The translations under genes were made by a program, and so were the position numbers. Positions 38,353 through 47,700 of a DNA stretch of 64,000 nt are shown here, piece after piece. The notes under the pieces are model-generated. The model saw nothing but the letters and a program-made list of their open reading frames with translations. It was not told the origin of the DNA and searched no databases. Position 1 is the stretch's first letter. Every line of letters starts with the position of its first letter. Source of the DNA: a virus; the IMG/VR virus record IMGVR_UViG_3300034782_000062, positions 96,001 through 160,000 of that record. One strand, given 5' to 3'.

Positions 38353-39404
38353 GGTGTGTTCTCCTTCTTTCGGCCTCCCGGCCAATTGAGTTTTATGGAG
38401 CGGCCCGGCGACCTGCCGACCTGCTCGATTGCGCGATAATATCTGTAGGTCGTGTCGGTGCTGGAATGTCCCATCGAGGTTTGCACCTCTTGAATTGGGA
38501 CACCGGCGAGTAGTGAGAGCGTCGCATATGTATGTCTGAGACTATGGGGGTGGATGTTTTTGGTTATTCCAGCTTGCCCGATTCGAGCCTTGATAATGTC
38601 GTAGACCCCATCTGGTGTCAAACGGTTTTTGGTGACCTTTTCCCGCCCATTGCGGAATTTTCTGATTCTCCTGAAGACCGGCCCTTCGGTTATATTCGCA
38701 TCGACAAGCCACCTGTCAATAACGGCCCAGACCTTGGGTATAAACTCGATGGTGAGGTCTTTTCCTCGCTTGATGGTCAGTTTTACTGTTGGGGTGCCTT
38801 GAACGAAGCGAATCTTGTCGACATCGACCTGGATGACCTCGCTGCGGCGAAGGCCGTTGAAAATCATGACGGCGAACAGCGCGAGGTCTCGCTTGCCCAT
38901 GAACGAGTCGTCCTCGTAGCAAAGGGTGAGCATCGCCTCCGCCTCTTTGTCTTCAAGGCCCTCGGTATCGCTTCGGCTCGAAGTTCGCATCCTGGCGACA
39001 AGGTCTGACGACGCAGGGTTATCGTCAATGAGACCGAGCCGCATCATGCGTTTGAAAAGAGCGTTTAGGGCGGCAAGGCGCACGTTGATGGTTCGAGGGG
39101 CGTATTTCCTCTCTCTCAGTTGCTCTCGATATTCAGAGATGAGTGTGAATTTTACCTGGGGGAGAAGCGGTGTGGCGATCTTGAGAGTCTCAATATCACC
39201 CTCTGGCACTGTGGTTTCGGCTCGTTCGAGGATGTAGCGAGCGAAGTCGACCATCGCGTTTTTATAGGCGCGCTTGCTGTTGTTGCTGATGACGCCGGTG
39301 AGCGCAACATCCCAGACATCTTCGATGCCAGGGGTCGGCACTGTAAGCTTGGTCGCAGGAGTGTTGACGACCTCAATGCTCTCATTATCGTCACGCTGGG
39401 GCAT
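38349..39404 (-). CDS. Tyrosine recombinase (XerC/D-Cre-like) with SAM-like N-terminal domain
   Basis: Catalytic set GLRRSE, KRGK, HSLRH, MGH and YRY all present. Confidence 0.9.
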   Translation of the reverse strand: MPQRDDNESIEVVNTPATKLTVPTPGIEDVWDVALTGVISNNSKRAYKNAMVDFARYILERAETTVPEGDIETLKIATPLLPQVKFTLISEYREQLRERKYAPRTINVRLAALNALFKRMMRLGLIDDNPASSDLVARMRTSSRSDTEGLEDKEAEAMLTLCYEDDSFMGKRDLALFAVMIFNGLRRSEVIQVDVDKIRFVQGTPTVKLTIKRGKDLTIEFIPKVWAVIDRWLVDANITEGPVFRRIRKFRNGREKVTKNRLTPDGVYDIIKARIGQAGITKNIHPHSLRHTYATLSLLAGVPIQEVQTSMGHSSTDTTYRYYRAIEQVGRSPGRSIKLNWPGGRKKENTP

Positions 39405-39933
39405 CTGCGGTTACTTCAGCCGGCTCGTGGTCCTCTAGGGCTGGGGGTTCGTCCTCTTGCTCTTCCTCGGGATTATCCTGCGTCGTCTCATAGGGGGGGT
39501 CCTGGAGTAAGAATTGAAGGACAGACCCCTTATCCTTGAATGCGGCGTCGCGAATCTGTTCGAGGGTGCGAACCAGGGTGATTGACTGCTTTTTGGGGTC
39601 AGCCTGGTCGTGGGCAATCTTTCCAATTGAATCGAGCGTCTCCAGGATGAATTCACAGACCGAGCGCATGTGCCGGTTCTCGGTGATGAGCTTGTTGTTC
39701 TCGATTGATTTTTCCGTCGCCAGTTCGGCCCATTTCTCTCGCTCGGCCTCGACGGCTTGAAGCCACTCCCGCCACTGGTTAATAACGTCTGGGTCGACGC
39801 TGCTAGTGGTTGAGAGGTCAAATCGAAGTTGTGTGTTGTCTCTTTCGAGACTTTCCATGGCCTGGGCAGCGCTGATGGCGAACTTCTCCAGCTCGTCGCG
39901 CGTCATACCCTTAATGCCTACTTCATATTCCAT
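39391..39933 (-). CDS. Coiled-coil hypothetical protein
   Basis: Heptad pattern, acidic tail, overlaps neighbouring genes. Confidence 0.55.
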   Translation of the reverse strand: MEYEVGIKGMTRDELEKFAISAAQAMESLERDNTQLRFDLSTTSSVDPDVINQWREWLQAVEAEREKWAELATEKSIENNKLITENRHMRSVCEFILETLDSIGKIAHDQADPKKQSITLVRTLEQIRDAAFKDKGSVLQFLLQDPPYETTQDNPEEEQEDEPPALEDHEPAEVTADAPA

Positions 39934-40745
39934 CCGCGTAGCTCCTTGATCAGGTCGAAGGCTCCGTTGATTTCTTTGGCCTTTTTTTCATCGCCTTCGG
40001 CTTGGTTGTCTGGGTGATATTTGCGGGCGAGAACCTTGTGAGCGGCCTTGACGACCTCATCTGGTGCGTCAGGGCTGATGCCGAGTATTTTGTAGGCTTC
40101 ATGTCCAGGATGCTCCCGAGGTGGATCCGGCTCGTCCTCCTCCTCGTAGCGTTGTCGTTGTTTGGTGTCTCGCTTTTTTGCTCGTTGTTTGGTGCGTTGT
40201 CGAGCTTTTTTTCTTGCGGCGGCTTTTCGCTTCTTTTTCTTCCTTTCCTCTTCTTCAAAACGCTCTTCCTGCTCTTCATCGTTGGCGATCTGCTCGCACA
40301 TGCGGATCGCGCGGTCGGTGTAGTGCCTGTCCAGGTGCGGGTAATGTTTAGAAAGAAGAGCTTGAGCATTCCCGAACCAATAACAGTCGACACGCCAGCA
40401 ACGATCACTCGGGTCCCAGCGGCGAGCGCTGCGTGGAATCTGGCGTTTTAAATCTTCGATGTAGTCTTCGTTGAATGGGGACCAGATCTTGAAGTGTGTT
40501 CGGTCTGTGCTCAGCTCGATGGCAATCTTACTGATACTCATGTCATCGAGTCCTATGTCTGACAGCCCAGCCTCGCCTTCGTATCGTCCATAGTTTACGA
40601 ACTCCTCATCGGGGTGATGCCGAGTGCGAAGCTGGGCCGCTTGCGGCGGCGCGACACCGGGGACGGGCTGAACAAACGCGTCGGAGAGTGATTCCATGAA
40701 ACGCGCAATGTTAGCGGCATGCCTGAGGAATTGGAATTTATCCAC
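39918..40745 (-). CDS. J-domain (DnaJ-like) protein
   Basis: C-terminal AYKILGISPDA..KYHPD with intact HPD; charged linker. Confidence 0.8.
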   Translation of the reverse strand: MDKFQFLRHAANIARFMESLSDAFVQPVPGVAPPQAAQLRTRHHPDEEFVNYGRYEGEAGLSDIGLDDMSISKIAIELSTDRTHFKIWSPFNEDYIEDLKRQIPRSARRWDPSDRCWRVDCYWFGNAQALLSKHYPHLDRHYTDRAIRMCEQIANDEEQEERFEEEERKKKKRKAAARKKARQRTKQRAKKRDTKQRQRYEEEDEPDPPREHPGHEAYKILGISPDAPDEVVKAAHKVLARKYHPDNQAEGDEKKAKEINGAFDLIKELRGWNMK

Positions 40746-40780
40746 GGTGCACCCCCGAGATTTTTTTGTTGACCCTCAGA

Positions 40781-40796
40781 GGTAACATATGCTACC
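40781..40796. promoter_or_regulatory. Palindromic operator in a divergent intergenic region
   Basis: GGTAACATATGCTACC near-perfect 16-bp palindrome next to TTGACC. Confidence 0.6.
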
Positions 40797-41121
40797 CATG
40801 TTCACCTGGCCCCGGAGAACGAGCGAGATGGGTAAGCGTCGAGGTGGTGGACGGTTGAAAGGTGCGAACGCAACGTGCTGTTCGTGCGGAAAATGGGCGG
40901 ACAAAGTGTGCTCGCAGTGCGGGCGTTTGGTTTGTGAATCGTGCGCCAGGCAGTGGCCTGTGTCGCAGCGGAAAAAGGTCAAAGGTGAATTGAAGATCGT
41001 CGGCACGGCAACCATCATAACGTGCCCAGCAAACAAGTGCCAGTCAAGATTGCCGCTTCAGGTTAAGGCGGATGCCCTCGAACTGTTGAAGGTTCCAGGG
41101 GATTTCCAAGACGCCACATAA
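40789..41121 (+). CDS. Zinc-finger protein
   Basis: CCSC..CSQC..CESC..C..C; exact start uncertain. Confidence 0.55.
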   Translation: MLPMFTWPRRTSEMGKRRGGGRLKGANATCCSCGKWADKVCSQCGRLVCESCARQWPVSQRKKVKGELKIVGTATIITCPANKCQSRLPLQVKADALELLKVPGDFQDAT

Positions 41122-41642
41122 TGGTTCCCGACGGCGTCAACCAGGTCCGCCTCATGGGTCGAATCTACGATCGGCCTATCGCTCGCAAGGCGAAGGGGCA
41201 GCAGCTTATCAAGGCTGTCCTCGAAGTGGACGAGCCAAAATTCGAGGACGGCCAGTGGACCAAACGGACTTCCTATCACACGGTTTCGCTCTTCGGGACA
41301 ATAGCCAGGGTTTTTGATAAAAAATTAGACCATGGCGTTTTTATTTACGTCGAGGGGCGCCTTCATAATTTCCCCTATAAGGATGGCGAGGGGAAACAAC
41401 ATCTTCGCACTGAGGTCATGGCCTCACGCATTATCATCACCCCTCATCAGGAGGAGGAGGAGCAGGCTGAGCCCGAAGAGAGGGTGGAGCCTGCAGCCGA
41501 GGCAGAGGCTCAGCCAGTTCAACAGTCTCCAGAGCCTCCAGAAGAGCTGTCTGATGAGGACTTTGAGCACATGAAAAAGGTTGTTCCGCTCTTTCCTGAA
41601 AAAGATGAAGAGGTCGAAGACGAAGACCTTTTGCCGTTCTGA
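41121..41642 (+). CDS. ssb: Single-stranded DNA-binding protein
   Basis: NQVRLMGRI, YHTVSLFG, IYVEGRL and TEVMA OB-fold motifs; acidic tail ending DLLPF. Confidence 0.9.
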   Translation: MVPDGVNQVRLMGRIYDRPIARKAKGQQLIKAVLEVDEPKFEDGQWTKRTSYHTVSLFGTIARVFDKKLDHGVFIYVEGRLHNFPYKDGEGKQHLRTEVMASRIIITPHQEEEEQAEPEERVEPAAEAEAQPVQQSPEPPEELSDEDFEHMKKVVPLFPEKDEEVEDEDLLPF

Positions 41643-41650
41643 GGAGAATC

Positions 41651-42124
41651 ATGTCCAAAAGAAAGAATTCAGTCGCGCTCCTTTCCGTTGGCACGACCAT
41701 TTTTAATGGCGAAGGGAACAGGTGGCTGTGCTTCGCGATTGAGGTGAGACCCTCTGGAAAGGATCTTGAAAACGCGCCGCGGATGCTTCGCGACATGGGC
41801 CGCGCCATCAAGACCTTCGAGCTGATAGCGGATCTTGAAGACGAGCACGTATTCGTGCCTGGCTCGAACCACTGCTTTGGGCCGTTCGTCTATCCGGATG
41901 GCAAGGACTTCTTCGGTTTCGTCGTCTTCCAGACGCAAGAAGAGCTGGGAGACAAGGTCCCGTCCAAGGTTCGGGCTGGACTCAACGGAGCAATTGGTGT
42001 CCTCAAGCAGAGTGAAGTCCGGTGCCGTCAGCGAATCAAGCCAATCGAGCAGCTCATGCTTCCAGGGATGGAGATGATCCCTACAATGAAGCCCGAATCG
42101 GAAGAATCGGAGAGCGAAGAATGA
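41651..42124 (+). CDS. Hypothetical protein
   Basis: GAGGAG RBS; operon context. Confidence 0.6.
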   Translation: MSKRKNSVALLSVGTTIFNGEGNRWLCFAIEVRPSGKDLENAPRMLRDMGRAIKTFELIADLEDEHVFVPGSNHCFGPFVYPDGKDFFGFVVFQTQEELGDKVPSKVRAGLNGAIGVLKQSEVRCRQRIKPIEQLMLPGMEMIPTMKPESEESESEE

Positions 42125-42288
42125 TGTACGAATACGAGTGCACGGACCAGAAGTGCGGGCACAGGTTCGATTGGATAGTGGATAGTGAAGACGAAAAGGT
42201 CTCCTGCGAGAAGTGTGGCGCAGAGGCCAAGCGCGTAAAGATCGCGCTGTCCAAGCACGCCAGGCGGCAAGACTGGCGTGTGACGTGA
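42121..42288 (+). CDS. FmdB-family zinc-ribbon protein
   Basis: MMYEYECTDQKCGHRF..CEKCG. Confidence 0.75.
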   Translation: MMYEYECTDQKCGHRFDWIVDSEDEKVSCEKCGAEAKRVKIALSKHARRQDWRVT

Positions 42289-42398
42289 CAACCAACGAGC
42301 TGCCAGGGCTCCGGGGGCCGAACCGAGCCCCGTGCTCGGGGTCTGATGAGCGGTTCGTTACAGCATAATCCGTCCTGGGGACGGATATCGGAGGCAAG

Positions 42399-42992
42399 AT
42401 GGCGAAGGCACGCGGATCACCATCCGCCATGCAGGTGGAGGAGTTCGAGGTGACCATCGAGGGGACGTCCCCTCTCGTGTTGTTACCTTTGGGCTTCTTC
42501 AAGGACTGTCCTGACGACGAAGACGGCCAGCTCGAACGCGCGCTCGACCTGTATCGTCGCGAGGATGGCAATCCTGGGTTCCCGGCTGGCGGGCTCAAGG
42601 ACGCGATTCTGGAGGGCTGCAAGAAGCTCGACGCGGACACTCGTTACCGAGTCGCATCCGGTTTTCACATCGTCGGGGAGAACGCCACAAATCGAGTCCT
42701 CCTCAACGGGGACTCGGAAGGAGTCGACTTCGACTTCAACTTCAAGAGACCGAAACGCACCGTAACCAGGACGCTCCCACAACTCGACAAGTGGACTTGT
42801 GTCTTTCCGGTGCAGCTCGTGACCGGGAGCCTGGACTCGAAAGAGTTCAATGAGTTCCTCGGGGTGGCCGGAGAGAAGATCGGCATCGGACATCGCCGAC
42901 CTGAGATGGGCACCTTCAAGGTCACAAACATCGTTTCCAAGAATGGAATCAACAACCGCTCAAAGCGCAAAAGCAACAACAACAAGAGGTAA
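42399..42992 (+). CDS. Cas7/RAMP-fold-like protein, short paralog
   Basis: IEGTSPL, GFPAGGLKDAI and G-rich loop AGEKIGIGHRRPEMGTFKV; GGAGG RBS. Confidence 0.7.
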   Translation: MAKARGSPSAMQVEEFEVTIEGTSPLVLLPLGFFKDCPDDEDGQLERALDLYRREDGNPGFPAGGLKDAILEGCKKLDADTRYRVASGFHIVGENATNRVLLNGDSEGVDFDFNFKRPKRTVTRTLPQLDKWTCVFPVQLVTGSLDSKEFNEFLGVAGEKIGIGHRRPEMGTFKVTNIVSKNGINNRSKRKSNNNKR

Positions 42993-42997
42993 TCGAG

Positions 42998-43738
42998 ATG
43001 CCCGCGAAGAAGAAGAAAGATGAAAAGATCAAGATTGAGCCGCTGGAGTTCGAGATCGCCGTCCTCCAGATCATCGGTACCCGGCCACTGATCGTTCACG
43101 CCTGGGACCCCAAGACCCAGGCCGAGATGTTGGCGAAGCAGATGAAGCTGCCTGTCGCCGGGGCCAAGCAGAAGGTTCGCAACCCAGACGCCGAGTACGA
43201 GGCAGCACTCTACCGCATCCCCGAGGACATGGGAGGCGGATACGGGGTGCCCGCGGCGGCGTTCAAGCAGAGCTTCGTTGACGCCTGCCGTCATGTCGAC
43301 ATCGCAATGACGATGGCCACCGGAGCCTTCCACGTTCGAGGTGTCGAGGTGGACATGCCTCCTGTCATCCTCAACGACAAGGAGGGCAACCAGATCGAGA
43401 CGGGCGACAAGTCGATGGAGATGATCCCCATCTACGGCTCGGAGCCTCGTCGCCGGATGGATATGGTTCGCCTCGAAGGTGGTAGTGCCGATATGCGGTT
43501 CAGGCCGCAGTTCGACAAGTGGTACTGCCTGGTGCCCGTCCAGATCGCCAAGGGTACGCTCACGGTTCAGCAGGTCACCGACCTGGCAAACCGCGCCGGC
43601 TTCCACTGCGGCATCTGCGAGTGGCGCCCATTCTCGAAGAAGTCGAAGAACGGCTCCTATGGGATGTTCAAGGTCGCGACGACCAAGGAGGAGCAGAAGC
43701 TCTTCAAGTCGCTGAAGCCACCAACGTTTATCCTCTGA
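42998..43738 (+). CDS. Cas7/RAMP-fold-like protein, full-length paralog (Vipr-like)
   Basis: IIGTRPLIVH, GVPAAAFKQSF, RFRPQFDKW and G-rich loop AGFHCGICEWRP..GSYGMFKV. Confidence 0.75.
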   Translation: MPAKKKKDEKIKIEPLEFEIAVLQIIGTRPLIVHAWDPKTQAEMLAKQMKLPVAGAKQKVRNPDAEYEAALYRIPEDMGGGYGVPAAAFKQSFVDACRHVDIAMTMATGAFHVRGVEVDMPPVILNDKEGNQIETGDKSMEMIPIYGSEPRRRMDMVRLEGGSADMRFRPQFDKWYCLVPVQIAKGTLTVQQVTDLANRAGFHCGICEWRPFSKKSKNGSYGMFKVATTKEEQKLFKSLKPPTFIL

Positions 43739-43770
43739 TCGAGGAAAACTGACGGGGAAGGGACGCTCTT

Positions 43771-44274
43771 ATGGCCAAAGGAAGAATCTTCAAGTGGAAA
43801 AAGGGCTCGACCTTCAAGGTTGATGCCCAGACGGCTGGGACGTTTCTCGAAAATCTGAAGGCGGAGAATGACGGAATTCTTCAGCCTGACGACGTCGTCG
43901 AGGCAGCGAAGGACCCAGAATCTCCGATTCATGACGAGTTCGAGTGGGACCTTCAGAAGGCCGCAAATAATCACTGGAAGGACCGGGCGCGCAATCTTAT
44001 GAATCACCTCGCGGTGGTTCGTGTGTACGCCGAAGATGCCAGTGAGGGCGTCTCAGCCTTCGTCAATGTCGAGGTCGCTCAGTCGACACGTGGTTACGTG
44101 GCGATGTCTCAGGTCGTCGCAAACGATGACTGGCGTCAGCAGATGGTCGATGACGTGCTCAATCGTCTGAAAGCTCTTCAGAAGAAGTATGAGCAGCTCG
44201 ACGAGCTGGATGGCGTTTGGGCCGCGATCAAAAAAGCTGAGACGCGTCGAGCGAAGGGCTCGGCAGCAGCCTGA
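43771..44274 (+). CDS. Accessory protein of the RAMP/array locus, function unknown
   Basis: LQPDDVVEAA..SPIHDEFEWD..AA..W..RAR motif; lies between the RAMP genes and the array. Confidence 0.7.
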   Translation: MAKGRIFKWKKGSTFKVDAQTAGTFLENLKAENDGILQPDDVVEAAKDPESPIHDEFEWDLQKAANNHWKDRARNLMNHLAVVRVYAEDASEGVSAFVNVEVAQSTRGYVAMSQVVANDDWRQQMVDDVLNRLKALQKKYEQLDELDGVWAAIKKAETRRAKGSAAA

Positions 44275-44321
44275 CCAGGCTGAAACGATGCTCTTTGACA
44301 ATCTGGTTTTCTGAAGCAAAA

Positions 44322-44590
44322 GGCAGCAAGCTCCTGCTTAGGCGGCGAGTGTCTTCCTGTTCTTAGGTGGGTCGGGTTTTGTCCCGCCAGCCGAGTTGGG
44401 CCACGGTTAGCCATGGACCGACTAGCTGGGTCGGGTCGCGTCTCGGCCGGCGGGTCTGTTAAGGATTTGTCTTGAAAGAGATGGTCTCGGCAGTCACGGA
44501 TAGGAATGGGACGGCCAGGGGGCGGAGCATTGGCAACGATGGCTCCGTCAAGCACCGAATAGGCAGTCACGTCGAGGCGAAAGACGTGAT
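44322..44590 (+). ncRNA. Proximal mini-array of pentamer-repeat units (~5 units)
   Basis: Delimiters GGCAG/GCCAG/GGCCG at 44322, 44386, 44445, 44489 and 44562; spacings 64, 59, 44, 73; G-led pentamers. Confidence 0.65.
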
Positions 44591-44607
44591 ACATTACATT
44601 TACTCTT

Positions 44608-44703
44608 GTAGGTGTCGGGTGCCAGTTTTTTTTTGGGCGGCATGGGGTCGTCCGATGTCATCAGTTGCTGATGAGGTAGTGGGCACTGGCACCCGCCACC
44701 TAC
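44608..44703. other. Long stem-loop separating the mini-array from the main array
   Basis: 19-bp IR with one mismatch (44608-44626/44685-44703), inner 7-bp hairpin 44658-44674, followed by TTTT. Confidence 0.7.
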
Positions 44704-44723
44704 TTTTCATTCATCTTGAGGAT

Positions 44724-47700
44724 GGCAGCCAAGCCATGTCGAGCACAGGCGGCGACGGCAACGTTCCGCACTGCGAAGGCATGGAGAGCACAGCCCTGGC
44801 AGTCATGCTAGGGAGCGCTTTGCTCAGCGTTGGCTTGCTAAGCACCGCCGTTGATCGCAACGTCGCGGCAGCCGAGTTCTGAAGTGTTGAGTGGTGCCGG
44901 GGAGGGGCGGTGCGTGTCTGCGCGCACCTTGCCTTTGTAAGCGGTGACCTGGCAGTCGTGTCGAGGCGAGAAGCGGCACGTTGGGTCTATCACAGCGTAG
45001 GCGAAGCCGGGCAGCCGTGTCGCGGATGTGTAGCCTAGGGGCGGCACGTCAGTGAGGGGATATCCCGGTCCAGGCAGCTTTGCGTTGCTGTGCATCGTCA
45101 GTCGGCGGAAGCCAACGCGATCCCACGGAACGGCAGCGATGGAGAGCAGGAGAGGGTCCACGCGGCGCAAACCGGGGTGGGCCAAGGTGCGATTGGAATG
45201 GCAGTCGAGGCGAATATCGACTACAGCCATCGCGGCTCGCCTCTACTGGTTGTGGCAAACAATGTTTTGCGACGGCCATGGTGGGGCAGCCTAGGTGAGC
45301 AGAGTGCTGGTGAGCATGGGCCAGTCGCGCTTGAGAACGTCTTGTCGCGGCAGCCGGTCAACGGTATGGGTAGGAGTGTCATTCACTGTCGCTCCCGTCA
45401 ATGCCGAGTCGAGGCAGTCGGGTCATGTTGGAGTCGGGATAGCCGGTCATAGCGGGCGCCTGCCCCGTCAGAGCAGCCGCGGAAATCATAGGATCGCACG
45501 GGGTCGGAATTTAGTGGTTCGGCAGCCGTGTCAGGGTCCGCTCTGCTTGGGATCCGAGCGCCAAGCTCAGGCGCAGATGGCCGAGGCAGCCATGTCGAGT
45601 TGGTTATGGTTGTGCAGGTCACGCTGAGTCGTGCAGCACCGAGGCAGTCGGTCAGTGCCCCGTCGATGCCGGTTACGCGATGCGTAGGTGGTGATGGGAC
45701 TGCCGAGGCAGCCGAGGACAGGACGGTCCCGCCCTGGACAGTCATAGCCAGGGGTGCTTTGTCAAGACGAGGCAGCCGAGGATGCATGGGTGCGCTGGGT
45801 CAGGTTTCGCCATTCAGGTGAGTGCGCTGTCGTGGCGTTATTACGGCAGCAGTGCCCTGTCGGGATCCGTCACACCGGGGAACTCAGGGGTAACCAGAGG
45901 TTTGCTCTGGCAGTCGGGCAATGTCAGCGTCTGCTCAGCAGCCGCTTGTCCTGCTGATGAGAGCCCAGCCCTGGCAGTCGGGCCTAGCACGGGACCGTTG
46001 AGCAATTCCATGGAGCGTCGTTGCAGGCGTTGCGGGGAGTGGTCGTCCGGTCACTCAACGCGATGGAACGCTAAGGTGTGCTGAGGCAGCGGTGCCTGGG
46101 AGCGTTGAGTCCAGCCATTATGGGCTTGGCCGAGGCAGCGGTGTTGAGGCGAGCTTGGCAGTGGCCCGTCCGGTCGAATAGATCCTTGTCGATCAGCGGC
46201 AGCCCTGCTGGGGAGTGGCCAGTCGCGTTCTGAACGCTATTGCTCGCAAAGCGTGGGTGAGGCAGCGGTGCCTCGTCGAGGTCAGCAACGCAATGGAAGG
46301 CAAAGGCCGAGAATGGACAGGATCGGCAGCGAGGTCGTGGCGATATACGGTCTGGCAGCAGTGTCTAGGTCGGTCGGGCTAGCTCAGTCATGGCCAACAA
46401 GGTCATGGTCGGGAGAGTCGAGGCCGGCATGTTTAGTCCGGCCCTTTGAGGCACAGGATTGGAAAGGTGAGGCAGTCGAGTCGAGTCGTTGTGGGGCCTT
46501 CAGGGGCAAACAACGGTGTGGCAGTCACGCGATGGTAGGTTCAGTCGCGTCCTGCTCAGCAATTCCTAGGAGAGCCTGGGGATGCAATGGCAGCTTTGCC
46601 AAGGGTGGGTGAGCACAGGCCTTCAGCGAAAAGTCGTTTCGCGTCGCGGCAGCCTGGTTGAGTTGAGGTCTCGCATGACGGTCCTTGGACCGCCGAGTCC
46701 CGACGCGGCAGCTATGCCCTGTCGTGTCATTCCCAGTCATTCAATGCAGAGGATTGGAAAGGGTGGCCGAGGCAGCAAAGCACCGGACGGGAGAGCCGTG
46801 TGACGTAAGGGGGAGCACCGCAGGTCAGAGCTAAGGTCCGGTTTGGCGAAATAAACCGACTAAGGCAGCTTTGCCGGTGTAGGCGATGGTTGTTTTTGGT
46901 GAGCTTGGTTGATCAGAGTAAGGGCAGCCGAGCAGAGGAACGTCATCGGATGCCTGGTCGTCCTAAGGACGGACGAGTCTAGGCAGCACCGCAGAGCGGG
47001 GGACAGCGATGCGGCTCAGAGCATAGCAAGGGCTAGTCGCGGCAGCCTTGCTCTGTCCAGCTCGGGCGAGTCAACTCTGCGAGAGGACCGCTCGGGCCGG
47101 GATAGCGCCGGCAGCCGGGTCACGGCCTGGATCTCCAAGCAATGGATTCGCAGTGTGGGTCCGGTTATGGCAGCAACGCACAGCGAAGGCAGGCATTGGA
47201 ATACCATGTCAGTCTTAGGTCCGCCACGATCAGGCAGTAAAGCTGGGGATTGAAGCGTCGCGGAGAATTGTGTTGCGCAATTGCGAGGCGAAAAAGCATT
47301 TGCGTTACGGCAGCGGTGCATAGGCTTGTTCAGCAAGCGCGTGCCAAGCCCGCGGGCGTCGTGGCAGCCGGGCACTGAAACGTCCAGGATCGGAGCAGCC
47401 TGCTTCCGCAGGTGGTGCCGAACCCGGTTGGGTCCTGGCAGCCGGGGATGGTTGTTCTGGGGCCAGGAGCCCCTGGTTATTCAGAACAGGGGTTTGGCAG
47501 CCGGCGTGAGCTGGGGCCAGGAGCCCCTGGTCGTCGCGAACGTTGGCCCGAAGAGGCAGCAGGGCTGAGGATGGGGGAGCTGAGGCCAGACGCCGCATGT
47601 CTTGATCTGCATAGTCACGTCCTGGCGATATCAGATGTGACTTTGCTTTGCCGAATGGGGGAGCGTGTTGGTTTGGCAGCCCTGCGTTGGGTAGGACCGG

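Noticed and set aside
38349-39404. RTCCTNAGGAY as the recombinase crossover site, or an attP next to the recombinase
   Set aside because: Tyrosine recombinase sites have longer arms and a 6-8-bp spacer, not 1 bp; no att core or tRNA fragment was seen
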